Source: Camelus dromedarius
Lineage: Eukaryota
Direction of reading: 5' to 3'
Length of the DNA stretch: 64,000 bases
Assembly: GCF_036321535.1 (NCBI RefSeq)
Contig: NC_087437.1
Span: 29,452,001-29,516,000 of the forward strand
Below the pieces are notes generated by a model, which was given only the letters and a program-made list of their open reading frames with translations, was not told the origin of the DNA and searched no databases. Position 1 is the first letter of the stretch. The number at the start of each line of letters is the position of its first letter. Both the position numbers and the translations under genes were made by a program. This document shows, piece after piece, positions 13,932 to 27,235 of the stretch.

Positions 13932-14129
13932 AAGAGTGACAGTTTTTTTATTTTGTTTTTTTGCAATTTCATTTTTGCCCTTAAAAAAGGAGGTTTAAAA
14001 GATTGCTTGGTTGTTTGGACACAGAAGCCTCATGCACTTCCTGGGGATAGCCTGATCATCCTCTGGCACCTGAAGGAATCTCCTGTATCGTCTGCTTGTC
14101 TGTAGTAAGGGTTTGTGGATGATCAATCG

Positions 14130-14295
14130 GTGCTAACGATGACGGACACAAACATACTTAGCATGTGCCTGGCACCCTAAGTAGTTCATGTACATCAACT
14201 CTTTCATTCATGTGACAACCCAATGAGGTAAGCACTATCATTATTTCCATTTTAACAGATGGAGAAACTGAGGTGTGAGGTTAAATGCCTAAGAA
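14130..14295 (-). mobile_element. MIR SINE
   Basis: MIR core in reverse orientation: 'attatttccattttaacagatggagaaactgagg...aggttaaatgcc'. Confidence 0.85.
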
Positions 14296-15005
14296 ATAGT
14301 AATTTTCATTACTTTACTAGCCCAGTCATTTGGTATCCTGTAACCATTCCACTGCAAAGCCCTTCTCTTCAGTTCCTTCTCAAAGTCGGTTTTCAAGAAC
14401 TTACACAAATACCATTTCTGCTATTTGAAAACAAAACTCAAAGTTCCATTGCATTCCTTTGACTATGAAAATCTTTGTACAATCAAGTTGGGTGTATAAC
14501 TTGTACCTATGCTTTATAGGTTTTCCAGACATAGACTGTTTCTAAAGCTTTGTGTGTTTCAAGTTCCAAACAAGCATGCCTTCAATTTACTGAAGAAATT
14601 GTGTTTTCAGTAGTTGTAAAGTACTTGGGTTAGTTTATAGACACCCAAAATGTACTTGACAGTACAACCTTCTAACCATGGGTCGTGGATCCATTACGAT
14701 TTAAGGGTACTGAGCATCCTATAAAGCAAGGCCCACCTTGGGGGAGGTTCTGAATTTCAACAGAAGCCGTCTCTGCTGGGCTCTGCTGCCTTCTGCCCTC
14801 TTTGAAGGGTAAGGAATTCGCCAATAGTGTGTTTCTGTACTTGAAGGAATCAGAGAGGAACCAAGCCCAAATCTCTTGATTCAATGCCTGGAGTTAGAAT
14901 GGAAAAGGGACTCAGAAGTGGAAAGTATGCTGAATGCTGCTTGTGATTCCAGCATCAGGGTTGTGAGATTCAGGTGGCAGCAGTGTGTGTATGTGCATGC
15001 ATGCA

Positions 15006-15008
<3 letters not shown>

Positions 15009-15086
<78 letters not shown>
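15009..15086. repeat. (GT)39 microsatellite
   Basis: Uninterrupted 78-bp GT run. Confidence 0.97.
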
Positions 15087-15090
<4 letters not shown>

Positions 15091-15939
15091 TTGGAGAGGG
15101 GGCATGGGAAAGGTCTAGACTTATCTCCTTGTAGAGAGATTTATTTTTTACATAAAGGTAGAGTATAACTCAAGAAAAGACAAGCTGAATTTCTCTAGAA
15201 CACAAATTGTTTTTTTGGATAATGCATCTCAGAATTTTACTTAGAGTACCAAAGCATTTCTGGAATGATCAAACTAAAACTTGTGAATGAGAACTACCTA
15301 AACAATAAGGAGAAAATTTCAAGACAACTATGTAAGAGAAACAGCCTATGTTTGTTATTAAGAGCATAGACTTTGGGACCAGATGGCCTACATTCAAATC
15401 CTAGCTCAGCTACTTTGAAATACTTGTATGCATATACTTTGTTTTACACATGTAGAAATTTTGTTTTGTGTATATACACACAAATTATGAATAGTGAAAA
15501 GCCCAGAGGGATATACAAACTGTTTACATGGTTACCCCTGAACAGTCAGAGTGGTAATAACTTTCACCTCTGACATTATAAGCTTCTGCATTAAGTCATT
15601 TCATGACAAACATTTGTTCCTTTCTGTAGTAATAAAGGACATGCCATAAACATTTGAACCAAGAATCACTTGAGAGCTAAACAAATAAATGAATCAATCC
15701 CCAACCGGACAAAGGGGTCAATGCTATGAAATTTCCCATGCAATGCCATTCAGTTCCTATTTAATCACTCCAGGCCCACTATTAGGTCAACCTTATACGT
15801 ACATCCATGCACATGTGTGTCTGCAACTTCAAATCATTCTGCTTTAATCGGCAGAACAGATATTAAATACAAATCTGCACTGTATTACGGTTATGTTGTA
15901 CATGCCATGTTTTCTCTAATTTTGGACAGTAGGTGTTCT

Positions 15940-16010
15940 TGGGACATGGAATAGGAATCAGTATTTTGATTCCCAGCCCCCATGGGACATGGAATAGGAA
16001 TCAGTATTTT
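15940..16010 (+). repeat. 28-bp perfect direct repeat with 15-bp spacer
   Basis: tgggacatggaataggaatcagtatttt at 15940-15967 and 15983-16010. Confidence 0.95.
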
Positions 16011-17399
16011 CTGAACTCAATGTACTAAATAATAGAGTTCAATTGAAGGAGCCAAGGACTCATTACTGCAACAGTGATGGATTATGTCTTAAAGTAGACA
16101 GTTGCACTTGAGCTGGTCAGTCCTGGAAAGATGGGAAGGGCTTTGAGAAGTAGAGAGACGAGAAAGCTCACTGCAGGGAGAGGAAGCAGTGTGGGCCAAC
16201 ATACACCAGAAAGTAGAGCCTGTCAGGTGAAGACTGGGATATCTGCTTGGCTGGACATGAAGTACGAATGGGACATTAGATAGAGAACAGACATATAATA
16301 TCTGCATGTGATCGAAAATTGAAGGTTTATTTTTTTATGTAACAAGTGGAGCTGTTAAGAAATTGATGTGTGAACTTTGTAAGATTCAAAAGGATGCCTC
16401 TACAGTCATATTTAGATGGACATTGTACTCTCTGCTTTCATCGAAAAGCACCCTTCCTGAAAAACAATAGTTAACAATTGCTATTTTACTGATTACATGC
16501 AACTTTTGGTTAAAGACCAGGACATCGGTGTCTGAGAAGAGGAGATAAAGGGTAACTCATTCTTTCAACCTGAAAAAAAAGCTGTTTTACAATTTCATGT
16601 ATGTAGAGATGGACAACATGAAGCCCCCAAATAACATTCAAGTTCAGGCAAAAAATAAGTAAATAGATAAGTATATATATATTTCTTCAAACACAGAAGA
16701 AAAATATTTCTTTCTAAGTATGTGGGGTGCCATTTAAATCAATAGAGCCCTGCAATTGCTGGTAATGAAGGAAATGAGATAGAAAGAACATGGTGGAATA
16801 TGGTGTTCAAGGATTCTTCCCAATCTCCTGAGAGAATTCCCTGAATTATATTGAGGTACAATACTGATACGTGTATAAAAACTAAAAAATATTGCACATG
16901 TGTTTGATAACTCCCAGGATTACTCTTACAGCCCTGCCTTAAGGTCTCACAGGCCAACAAACACATCATTAGAAGAACATGGTTAATCTCTTTACTGGCT
17001 ATTAATTTTTCTCCTCGGTAGTGCTTTCAACTTTAGTATTAGTAAAACTTCTTTCACATCAAAAATTCTAGTTTGGGGGAATGAAATGTCATTTCTATTA
17101 AAATTGCCTCCAGGATACCATAATTTGAAGGAGAGATGATAGCATTTGGACTTAACAGACACAAGTACATGTATGTTTATATATTCCCTATGAAGGAGAG
17201 CAGATTAAAGTGTTTGATAGCTATTAGCTCTTCCTGAAGATAACAATTTTAAACCTCTATAACTTTTACAATATACTACTTTAGAGAATTCCAATTCTGT
17301 ATGCAGTTAGTCAGCTTTACTTAGTAATTTTATGTCTTCTTCCAATGTTACAATAAGAAACATAAGCTTCCTGTCTGAAGTCATCATAGTCAAACTCAC

Positions 17400-17800
17400 A
17401 TTTCAGGAAGTCGGTCTATTATCAGCCTTTCCAGATGTCTTTTCAACTTGTCTGAGGCTGCCTGCAACTAAGTTGCTTCCTTTAAAGAAGCAAGTCCCTT
17501 CCGTTCCCTTTTATGACTGTTCCTCAAGTTGAGAGCACAGCATTTGCCCCGATATCTCATTCGTTTTTCCTAGATTATTGGTGACCGTGTGTCTGTGCTA
17601 TTCTCTCATCTCCGGGAAGTGTGTCACCGCAGCTTCTTTGGTCAGAAATGTCCTTCTTGCAAAAAGGAAATGTATTGTTCCTTTTAAAATACTGAAAAGT
17701 CTGAAAATCCCCAAACCGACCTGGAGGTGTTTTGCAGTAACTTCATCTAACAATGTCACCATGTAAGAGGATTTATGACAGTTTTTATGACCTCTCATCC
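17400..17800 (-). other. Candidate exon (possibly an alternative first exon) ending in a GTGAGT donor
   Basis: Donor 'GAAAT|gtgagt' at 17400/17399, locally retained CpGs, no strong acceptor, and an upstream TF motif cluster at 17824-17884. The 5' boundary is uncertain. Confidence 0.3.
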
Positions 17801-17823
17801 AATGTCCCACCTGACTTTTCTTG

Positions 17824-17884
17824 CACTTCCTGTTGCCAAATAAGAATGCTGCAGATGTTCAGTGGGAAATGATGTAATGACGTA
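17824..17884. promoter_or_regulatory. ETS + C/EBP-ATF composite + CRE-like motif cluster
   Basis: cacttcctgtt (ETS, 17824-17834), tgatgtaat (17870-17878) and tgacgta (17878-17884). Confidence 0.35.
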
Positions 17885-18424
17885 TGTGATTTGTTTGTCA
17901 GATTTGCCAAATACTGCATGGTTCTGAGGTTGCAGAGAATGAATAACAGCCACAGGCAGAAGGTGAGACCTGGGAAGTCAGCCTTCTCTGACAGTCTCCA
18001 CCAAGATTAAGACTCTCCACATGTTAAAGCAGTTATAAAAATATCTTACATCTTTGTCAACTACAATATTTCTCATTTTTAACCTGTGTATCTTACTAGG
18101 GGTAAGTTTTCACTTTGGTGGTAGAAAGCAGTCTCAGGGAATCGAGAACTTCATTCACTTGCCTGCACGGAGCTCTGCCGATGCTGTGTCCCTCACAGTC
18201 TAGTCTACTCATCTTATCCCCTGCCCCCCCCCCAAAAAAAAACCCTTTCCTCCAATCTCATTTTCCTAGCTTTCATGTTCACTCTAAGTATTAAGTTAAT
18301 TCTCACCCACCTTTAACAGCTTTCACAGGATACAAAATAGGGGGAATATTTTCTACATATTGAAGAGGAAATGATGTCATATTTGATCCATTTATGTAAG
18401 GAAATATTTCACAATGAAAAAGAA

Positions 18425-18600
18425 CACAGTTGGAGTCAAGTACATACATCACTTCAAACCCTAACCCTGAGAAAAAAAATTCCTTTTAACCTCAGTTTTC
18501 TTATCTTATCACAATGTTTCCTTATCTTATCATAATGGCAGCATTATGACCACCTCAAAGGACTGCAGTAAGAATGAAACAGCATATGTGAAGTGCCTAG
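18425..18600 (+). mobile_element. MIR SINE
   Basis: 'aacctcagttttcttatc...acctcaaaggactgcagtaagaatgaaacagcatatgtgaagtgcctag'. Confidence 0.7.
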
Positions 18601-18639
18601 AAAAATTCCTACAGTCCAGGGAAAAAAATGGTAACATAC

Positions 18640-19420
18640 AATAACCTGCCAGGTGCCGTGGTGGGTTCTAAGGTCATGAAGAGGAATAACGTAGTGTCCC
18701 CGTGCTCCATGGGACCAGAGTCTACGAAGTGAAGATATGGAACAGAATGTAATGAAAAGTAGCTATCACCATGACTTAAACAATTCTATTCTGCTGACAA
18801 AACTTGTCACAATTTTAAAAATAAAGTATCATAACTGTAGCTCTAACAGATGCCTAAGTGAACTGTCATGGGAGTAAGGCTGGAAGAAAATTATCTTCTT
18901 TGCAAAAAGGGATAATAGAGGAGAGTTCAGGAAAGCTTCAAATGGGACGTTATCTTTGAGCTGAACTTCATAGAGAAGTGGGGAGAGGGCATTCCAGGAG
19001 ACAGGGGGTCCACAAGAAGGGACAAGGGTATGAGCTGGCATGACACTCACAGACCACAGGCAAAAGTCTTTTAAAGCAAGACCATAATATATAACAGGAA
19101 GGGAACTGGAACAGCAAGGGACTCCGTTGTCAAAGGCTTCAGATGATATATTGAAGACTGCAGACTTACACCATAAGCAAAGAGGAGCCACTGATGACCT
19201 GAGAGGAGAAAGACAACATGACTAGATCTGTGCTCTAGAACAAAAGGTCTTGTGTGCAGGGAATGGAGTGGAAAGGATGGTGATAGGAATGAAGGACAGA
19301 GGACAAGTCAAAAAAACTGGAAGACAATAGAAAGATGAAGATGACTGGAACTAGAATAGGACTAGTGGGAATGGAGGGGAAGAGAACTTTGAGACATTTT
19401 GGGACATGCTTTCTTAGCAC
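18640..19420 (-). mobile_element. LINE-2 remnant
   Basis: Purine-rich reverse-L2 motifs: 'cctgccaggtgccgtggtgggttct', 'caggaaagcttc...tttgagctgaactt', 'gggcattccagg'. Confidence 0.75.
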
Positions 19421-19904
19421 ATTTGGTCAAATGATCAGAGAAAGTATTTATCTCATCAGTGTCACCTATGAAAATAATATGGAGAAGTCTGAAGGTAAGG
19501 GCTCCATGGAGACACTCCATTTTTGGTGGGAGTGGAGGCAGGAGAGGGAGAGATGGGAAGCAAGCACAAAATCTGTTGGCTCATCTGTTTTCCCCACCAA
19601 GACCCCCTTCTTTCCCACCCTGCTCAAAGCTCTCAGTACGTCGTAGTGCTATATGAAATTTCAACATGCCACAGTAGAAGAACAGCAAATCTAGATCCAT
19701 TGCATAATGAGCTTACTCTCTAATGATATAATTAGGCTGGGCATTCCTTAAGGACTTAGTACCATTGTAAGACCTAAGTTTCCACTTTTTTCATCAGTGA
19801 GATGGAAAAAAATAGAATTTATCTCACAATAACTATGTAAACAGATAGTAATTAGTACAATGCTTGATGTAAAAGTGGGGTTCTAGAAATACAAGTTTCC
19901 ACTC

Positions 19905-20450
19905 CCTGCATTTCTTCATTTAGCAAATAAGTAGCATATGTCTAGTGTGCGAGGCAGCATTCTAGGATCTGATACAAGAGAAAACAAGAATGACAAGGTC
20001 CCTGCCCTCATGGAGTCGACAGTATAGATGGGGAACAAACAAACAAGAAAAAAACAGCAGACTGTGACACGTTCCATGAACGGAACAGAAGCATGCTGTG
20101 GCAGAACCAGCGATGGCAGGATGGGAAAGCTATTTTAAAATGAGAATCTGGGGAGGCCTTTCTGAGAACAGGACATTAAGTTGAGATCTGAGGAGTATGA
20201 AGGAGCCACCTGTAAAGAAACAGGAACAGGAAGTTAGTATTCCAAGCAGAAGAAACAGCAAGTGGAAAGGACCCACAGTGGCAAAGGGCTTGGAATGGGT
20301 GAGGTGCTGGAGGAGGCCAGGGCGGCTGGCGGGAGAGTGGTCCAGATGAAGTGGGAGAGAGGTGGAGGCCAAATCACAGGGCACCAGTGTCAGAGTTTGG
20401 GTCTTATCCTGAGTTCAATGGGAAGATGCAGAAAGGTTTTAAAGAACTGA
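19905..20450 (-). mobile_element. LINE-2 3' remnant
   Basis: 'ttcatttagcaaata...gacaaggtccctgccctcatggag', 'ggaggcctttctgagaa', 'attccaagcagaagaaacagcaagtggaaagg'. Confidence 0.85.
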
Positions 20451-20558
20451 CATCTTCTGAATTATAGTACCTGACACTGTGGCTTATGTACAATAATCAC
20501 TGAAGAAAGGAGCATCATATTTGAGTTCTACGTATTTTACATTAGAGATGTCTTTTAA

Positions 20559-20759
20559 AGATTCAGCAATATATTAACTACTATATATAAAATAGGTAAC
20601 AAATTTCTTCTGCATGGCACAGAGAACTATATTCAATATCTTGTAGTAACCTCTAATGAAAAAGGATATGAAAATGAATATATATATGTATATGTATGAC
20701 TGAAACAGGCTGTACACCAGAAACTGACACATTGTAACTGACTATACTACAATAAAAAA
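20559..20759 (+). mobile_element. Young lineage-specific L1 3' end (~200 bp)
   Basis: Highly similar to 51298-51500: 'gtatgactgaaaca..ctgtacaccagaaa.tgacacattgtaa.ctgactatactacaat'. Confidence 0.9.
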
Positions 20760-21193
20760 GTATTCTCCACCATGTTTAAATAGTTTAAAACTTTGCTGAA
20801 TGGTTTTCTATTAATTATGAGATAAACCAAAGGACCAGGGATTCTTGGGTTTGATGTACTGAAATATTTTTGTCAGGTCTAAATCCTTAAAAGCAATTTC
20901 CAGACCACTTCATAGTCCAGCATAAAATCAGGCTCAAAAGACATCTATTTGCTGTTACAGCCTGGTTTTTACCCCTTTCCCTAATGTCTGTTTTACCTCC
21001 TCAAAAGTATGAAAAAGACAACGAAGAAGAGGGGGTTATTTTTCCAGTGACCTGCTATCACTACGCCAACCAATACCAGGAAGTAATTTTCTTTGCTAAC
21101 CCAGTGTAGTTATCGAGCCATTTAGAAAGAGAAAAGAAAGCATGTCCTACTTTTCTTCCTCACACAGATTGATTTTTCCATCATGTGTGGTAC

Positions 21194-21337
21194 CTGTCTT
21201 GGCTTAGCTCCTCTGACAGGGTTTTGTTTTGACCAGCAGAAACCATTCTCTGCATTTCTGTATGGCGACCTACTGCTTGGCTGGATTCCTCGTCTCCATT
21301 CGTATTCTTTCATTTGTTTCTATTGCCTTTTTCTCCC
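21194..21337 (-). other. Candidate 144-nt internal exon
   Basis: Minus strand reads 'ttcttggactctctag|GGGAGAAA...CAAGACAG|gtacca'. Purine-rich, with a stop in each frame read from the acceptor. Confidence 0.3.
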
Positions 21338-22451
21338 CTAGAGAGTCCAAGAATGTAACATTTCAGATGAAATCATGTTAGGACAAAGTTTTCCCATTCT
21401 GTAAAAGTTCTTCCTTTTAACTCAGTGTTTCTGGATATATGCTCAGCAGTCTGTCATGATTTTTTATTTTAGAATCCCATAGGAAGAAATGTTCACCATT
21501 TAGAAGGGAAGTTCTCCAGTGTTGGGCTCATAAAACAGCAGTTAAATAATCACTCAGTGAACAGGGGCCTCAGGTGGGCTAGGTCTCTCATCTTCATCCC
21601 CAGCTGATCCCAGAGGTTAAAGTGGGCACATTAAGATGTCAGCAGTGACTAGAACGGAAGGTCAAGGGCAAGAGAGTTTTCCTTTTGAATGGACATGGTG
21701 GGAATCAATTAATAGGTAGAATTTTACATGAGGAGTAATTAAGAAAAATAGAACCATCAAAAGTGAAATCACCGAGCAACTTCGCTGGAGCTTATTGCCA
21801 GGTAAATGCCAATTAAGCCAACAACTGTCTCACAGTTTATAAAACATCTATTCTTCATACATTTATATACATTCACAAAACACTTGTTTGGTGTGTATCA
21901 CCACCTTTGATCCCCTCCCTCCTCCTCCACCCAATTCAAAGAAAGTTAGAAACTTGTTATGGTCAAATTAATGGAGACAGTTGCACAGTGACGCTCACAG
22001 TCTCGTGGGGCCAGTCTGGCTCCAGATCACGATGCCACCACTTACCTAGACATATGACCTTGGGCAAGTTACTTCACATCAATGTACAACTACTTCAGAG
22101 GTCTCACAAAGAATAATCTAGATAATGCCTGTAGAAGATTGACTATATGTTCTAGCACATAGTAACCATATAAATATTGTTATAACCGGAAAACAAAACT
22201 AGGATTGAAACTTGAAAATGACTTCACATCCCATAATCTAAAACTTCGGAAACCTGGAAGGTTTTGTAAATAGTCTTTCACACATATGGTGAATGTTAAA
22301 TGACATGCATTTGACTAAACTCCCCCCACCCGACTTTGGGATTAGTTGTCACATAAAATCTGTGGCAGCTACATTCTTTCTGGCCTTATACCAAAAGGGT
22401 TATTCATGTCTTTATTATAAATCCAGACTCCTAGCCCTCACCCTCAACTGC

Positions 22452-22790
22452 TGTATTGATTTGTAAGAAATACATATTTGGTCTTCCTTCAAGGTCCCTG
22501 GCTCATAGCTCTCAAAGCCTTTGGAATTTCCTGAGCACTAAGAGCAATGGGACCATCTTTTGTTATAATATTGGATCTCTTGTCCTCGGTTTCTGAATAC
22601 ACTTCAGAGCCACAAAGGTGAAATGGGTGTCTTTGTTATTTATAACACCCCCCTTTCCACCATTAACTGGTGGTTATGTTAATGTGGCGATTTGGGGAGA
22701 GCACCTAAGGGTGTGGGGGCAGGGGCTGGTCGCCAAGGGAACCAACCCTATGATTAAAGAGTTGGGGCTTTCATTCCACCTCCCCCTACT
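22452..22790. mobile_element. MER21-like LTR fragment
   Basis: 'atatttggtctt...cctggctcatagctctcaaagcctttggaatttcctgag', 'ggggctggtcgccaagggaaccaaccctatgattaaagagttggggcttt'. Confidence 0.75.
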
Positions 22791-25479
22791 TCTCCTCTTT
22801 GTGTTGCACTTTGCCCACTTGGCCCATTTAGATGCTCTGTCCGGACCCTGCAGGCAGATGGGTTTACAAATTCTTGTGCTGTATCCTCCAGGATTTGGCA
22901 ATTATACTTTTCTCTGTTTGCTCATCTTTCATCATTCTGTATTTTCTTTAAGCTTGTGAAGACCAATAGTCCTCACTAATAAGCTCCAACACCTAGCACA
23001 TAACTACGCTGCCCATACAGGCACTGCTCTATAGTAAGGAGGAGTGCATCCACTCAGTGCAAGCTGCCTGGGAACTCGCATCACACCACCCTTCCTACGC
23101 CTCCATCTGTCCAGCCTTGTAAACGAGCAGAGCCCTACTGAGCCCTGTATACCTCAGGCCATTTTCCAGTTTTGATCACTGTCCTTGAAAGTGGGTGTGG
23201 AGATAACACATCCTTAGAGTTCAACAATAATTGCTGAAATCACAGCCCCAGCTGCTTCTCATTTGAAGCTTAGAGGTTACTAATGTCGTCTTAACCTTGT
23301 TTTCAAACTCCCAGTCCCCATTCATCCACTAGGTGACATCTCTTAACCCAGTCCTTTGTAAAGGCTTCATGTCAAATAAGCATCATTCATCTCCCATCTC
23401 GCCATTACTAGCAATAAACCTTTCTCTCATTCATACATTTTTATTACTTACAGCCTATTTACTTCTAAAAAGTAATATGTAGAAGCTTATGAGGAAAATA
23501 AAACCTAAAAGACCAAAAGGCAAAGGAAGTATGTATATAATTTGAAAAATGAAAAGGAAAGGTAATCATATTCTAAATCTGATACATGACAGCTACAAAA
23601 CTTAATTCTGAGTTTCCTGACAGGCAAGGGACATACCAAAAATGCTCGTCACTCCACACCTGGATCATTTCATTAATTTCCTAGCTATTCTTCCTGCTTG
23701 TTCTAGTTTAAATCATACTGCATACCTGTCAGATTATCATAAAATCAGTATTTTAACAATTTTAGTCCCTTGCTTACCTCTCACTTTAAATGGTCCTCCC
23801 AATACAAGCACGTGCCAAGAATGAATAAAATGATGTCAAGCAAAGGCAACAGACCCATGTCTACAGAATCCATGTAGATCGTCTCTCCCTTATCCATCCC
23901 AACACATAGTAAGTCTCCCTCTTGTCTCTGCTGTCCTGTCCCTATCTGGGCCGCACAACTCCCTCCCCATCTGGCACTCCTTGTTCAGAATGAGCATGGT
24001 GTAGCTGCACTCCTGGCTGAAGCCCCAGCTGTGTTCCTCACCAGTTTAGAGAAGCCAGAGAATATCTGATCAACCAACTGAAAGTCTATGGAGGGACTAC
24101 TGCAGAATCCTTAAAGAGGATCAGACAACACACTCGATAAGAGTAATGCAGCCTTAGTGCTGAGAAAGAAGAAAATATGAACAGAGCATCAAATTTATCA
24201 CTAAGATTTTTCTTGAGGTCCAGCTCCCTCCCCTGTTCTGCTTAGTCTTGGCTGGACTCATGACTAAGCCCTGGGAAGTAGAAGGGTGTAAAACTCGAAT
24301 TAGAAGTTGAGATAACTTTTTTCCTTTTAGTCTATAAAACAACAAGGCAGCACACAGGTGACACAGGGAACATGACTACAAAGATTACGACAGATGGCCA
24401 GAAGTTTGAGTGCCCTGAGCCCCATCCATCAGAGGCAGCAGTGACAGCCCACCCAGAACAAGCCTCCTTAATGTTCCATGAGAGGGGGGAACACAGCAGG
24501 CCAGGGAGGAGCCAGAAGGAGCGAGTGGTGGTCCTTGCATAGGGACGGGATGGGAGGGAGAGGGTGGAAGGTCTGGGAAAAGAGAAACAGAGCAAACATG
24601 GATGCCACGTGGTAACTGCTTAGACTCACTTGTGAGTTCGGGGAGAACACCACTTGCAATTCCCTGAAATACCCTGTGGGGTGTTCAGGGCTTTGTGACT
24701 CTGTGTTAATAAGAGTTCACAGGCAGGTAAGAGTGATGTGTATCCTCCAGAATGTGCACGTTGGGAGGGATAAACGACCCTCGGGGCTACAACTGTATAA
24801 AATTCCTCCTGAGAGCCATGGGACAGGACACCTAGGCCAGTACCAAATGGCTTCTCTTTTCATTCATCAGGATTTACATCTCAGTTGGGCTCAACTGAGC
24901 CACCCAATCACCTCTCACACTGCTCCCTGAATAAAGCTCCATTCCAGTTAGGCTGGGGCCTCCCCTCTCTGCAGCACTCAGTCCCATCTGCGCATTTCCT
25001 TGTGCTCTTCCCACAGCCAAGTCTTCATGTGCCTACCGACACCAAGACTATGTGTCTGAACATCAGCTGAAATTTCACTGACCCTTCCCTTGTGTTGGCA
25101 TTCTCAGCATCACGTGTCAGGCACATGTCTCGGCTTTACAGCTGTTGGTTGTGTCTGTATATTCAGCATAATCATTTTAACTTAGACTTCAAAAGAATCA
25201 CAGAAGTTAAATAACATCTTCAATTAATCCATAAGGATCGATCTAGCTTTACTAGCTCAGCAATGTTCTTGATACGCACACAGAAGAAAAGACACTGATC
25301 ACCATTCCAAAGAGTTTGCTAGGGCAGCACTTTAAGAATATGAGACAATAAGTAATTAAATGGGTGAGATCATTAAGGGCAGGGATAGTCAGAGACGGCT
25401 TCAAAATAATAGTGAAATTTGAGCTGGGTCTGGAGGGGTTGACAAGAGTCTAACAGTCAGGGAGGAGAGTGGAAAACAG

Positions 25480-25870
25480 TCTTCTCTTTCACTATGAGGC
25501 CCATCCTCCACACCTCCATCCCAGCACACCATCATAAATGCCATCCCCCAAAGCAGCATGCACTCCCACACTCTCCTTTGTTCACATTCTTCCCTCTGCT
25601 GCCTTTCCTATGTAATAAAACCCCACTAACCTTCAAAATCCAGTTCAGAAATTTCTTAGTACTCCTTTGCTTCTCAAGTAACTACTCCTCTCTCTCAATT
25701 CACAGAAATATATTCATTCCTCACCTACAGCACTTACCACATTTTACTAGTAGCCAACATCATTGTCTTTCCTACTGAATTGTGGATTCTTTAAACTGTA
25801 TTTTGTTGTCCTTGGTCCAGACACCTAGCACACAGCCTGGCCTTTGGTAGGGGCTTAGTGAATATGGATT
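25480..25870 (+). mobile_element. LINE-2 3' remnant
   Basis: 'ccttcaaaatccagttcagaaat', ending 'cacctagcacacagcctggc...gtaggggcttagtgaatat'. Confidence 0.7.
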
Positions 25871-25944
25871 AAATTCCCAAATCTCTGTCTAACTGAACAT
25901 CTAGGAACCAAGGTATGAGAAGAGACAGCTAATGTGGGATATTC

Positions 25945-26471
25945 TAGGTAGTCCAGTTGCATAGAACATTTAGTTTTGTATTAAAGACTACCCTAAAACT
26001 CAGTGACTTTAAACAAACATTTACAACCCACCACTTCTGTGAGTTAGAAGTTTAGGCATGGGTCAGGGTCGCTTCCAGAGCTGAAATCCAAAGGCAGGCC
26101 AGGGCTGTGGCCATCTCCATGATTTGCTGGAAAACATCTGCTTCCAGGTTCACCTGCATGGCTATCAGGAGGGCGCAGGTCCTCACTGGCTACTGGCCAG
26201 TAACACCAGTTTCTCAAGTGGGCCTCTCATTAGGGCAACTCACAAATGGTGGCTGGCCTCCCTCAAATGAAAGAACGAACACCCAAGACAGAAGCCACAG
26301 TCGTTGTTGTAACAGTCTCAGAAACAGCATTCCTTTACTTCTATCATATGCTCTTCCTAGGAAACCAGTCACATTCAGCCCACACTCAAGGGGAGAGGAT
26401 TGTAGATTACACAGGGGCATAAAGAAAAGGACATGGGAGTTACTGGGAGCTCTCTGAGGCTGCCAACCACA
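25945..26471 (-). mobile_element. MLT1 (MaLR) solo LTR, MLT1F/G-like
   Basis: 'ctaccctaaaactcagtgactttaaacaa', 'atctgcttccaggttcac', 'cagcccacactcaaggggagaggat', terminal 'gctgccaaccaca'. Confidence 0.8.
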
Positions 26472-26939
26472 GAGGACTCACAGGTGGTCAGGAATAGCTC
26501 AAGGTGCTTCTTGGGGGGTGGGTGCGAGCCAGATCAGGAGATCTCAACAGGTCATGCTAACAAGTCTGCAATTTATGCAAAAGATTCTGCAATCTTCGAT
26601 ACAACTACTGCATAATAAGTTCACACACTAAGATGATTCTGAATGTTCAGGAATGTTTGAGGCACAGCCACTGTACCCACTTACAGTGATACTAGAAGCA
26701 GGAAAGCTAAATGAAAAGGCAGTAACACCAAGGGCTGAGGTCTTCCTTGGTAATTCCTTTTTTTTTTTTTTTCAATTCAACAAATACTTTGCTCCTTTCA
26801 AGGTTTTTTACTTCGCCCCTTCCAAGGCTTTTTGAACATAAACACCATGTGGAAATTATTTAAGTATATGTAAATAATTCTTCTCAATGGTATCTTGCAT
26901 GTGTGAAAAGGTGCACTTGGAAAGAACTTTAAAACAGCA

Positions 26940-27235
26940 CAAAATGTCCAGGTCAGAGACAAAGACAGACTGAGTAACTGTTATAAAGGAGACTAAGGAG
27001 ACATGATGTCTAAATGCAACACAGCATCTTTGATTTGATCCTGAGAAAGATCAGATGTCAGTAGAAAAACTGAGGAAACCAAACAAAATACGGAATTTAG
27101 TTAACAGTATTGCACCAGTGTTAATTTCTTAGTTTTAATAAATGTACCATGGTTGACATTACAGAAAGCTGAGTGAAACATACATAGAAAATCTATTTTT
27201 GCAACTCTCTAGTAAATATAAATTTCAGAATGTAA
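26940..27235 (+). mobile_element. L1MC/ME 3' end
   Basis: 'gagactaaggagacatgatgtctaaatgcaa', 'cagtattgcaccagtgttaatttcttagtttt', 'tatttttgcaactct'. Confidence 0.8.

Noticed and set aside
14876..15168. ORFs with CVCV/HTHT repeats
   Set aside because: Translation artefacts of the (GT)n microsatellite.
15940..16010. Repeat-spacer-repeat resembling a CRISPR unit
   Set aside because: Only two repeats, a 15-bp spacer, mammalian DNA and no cas genes.
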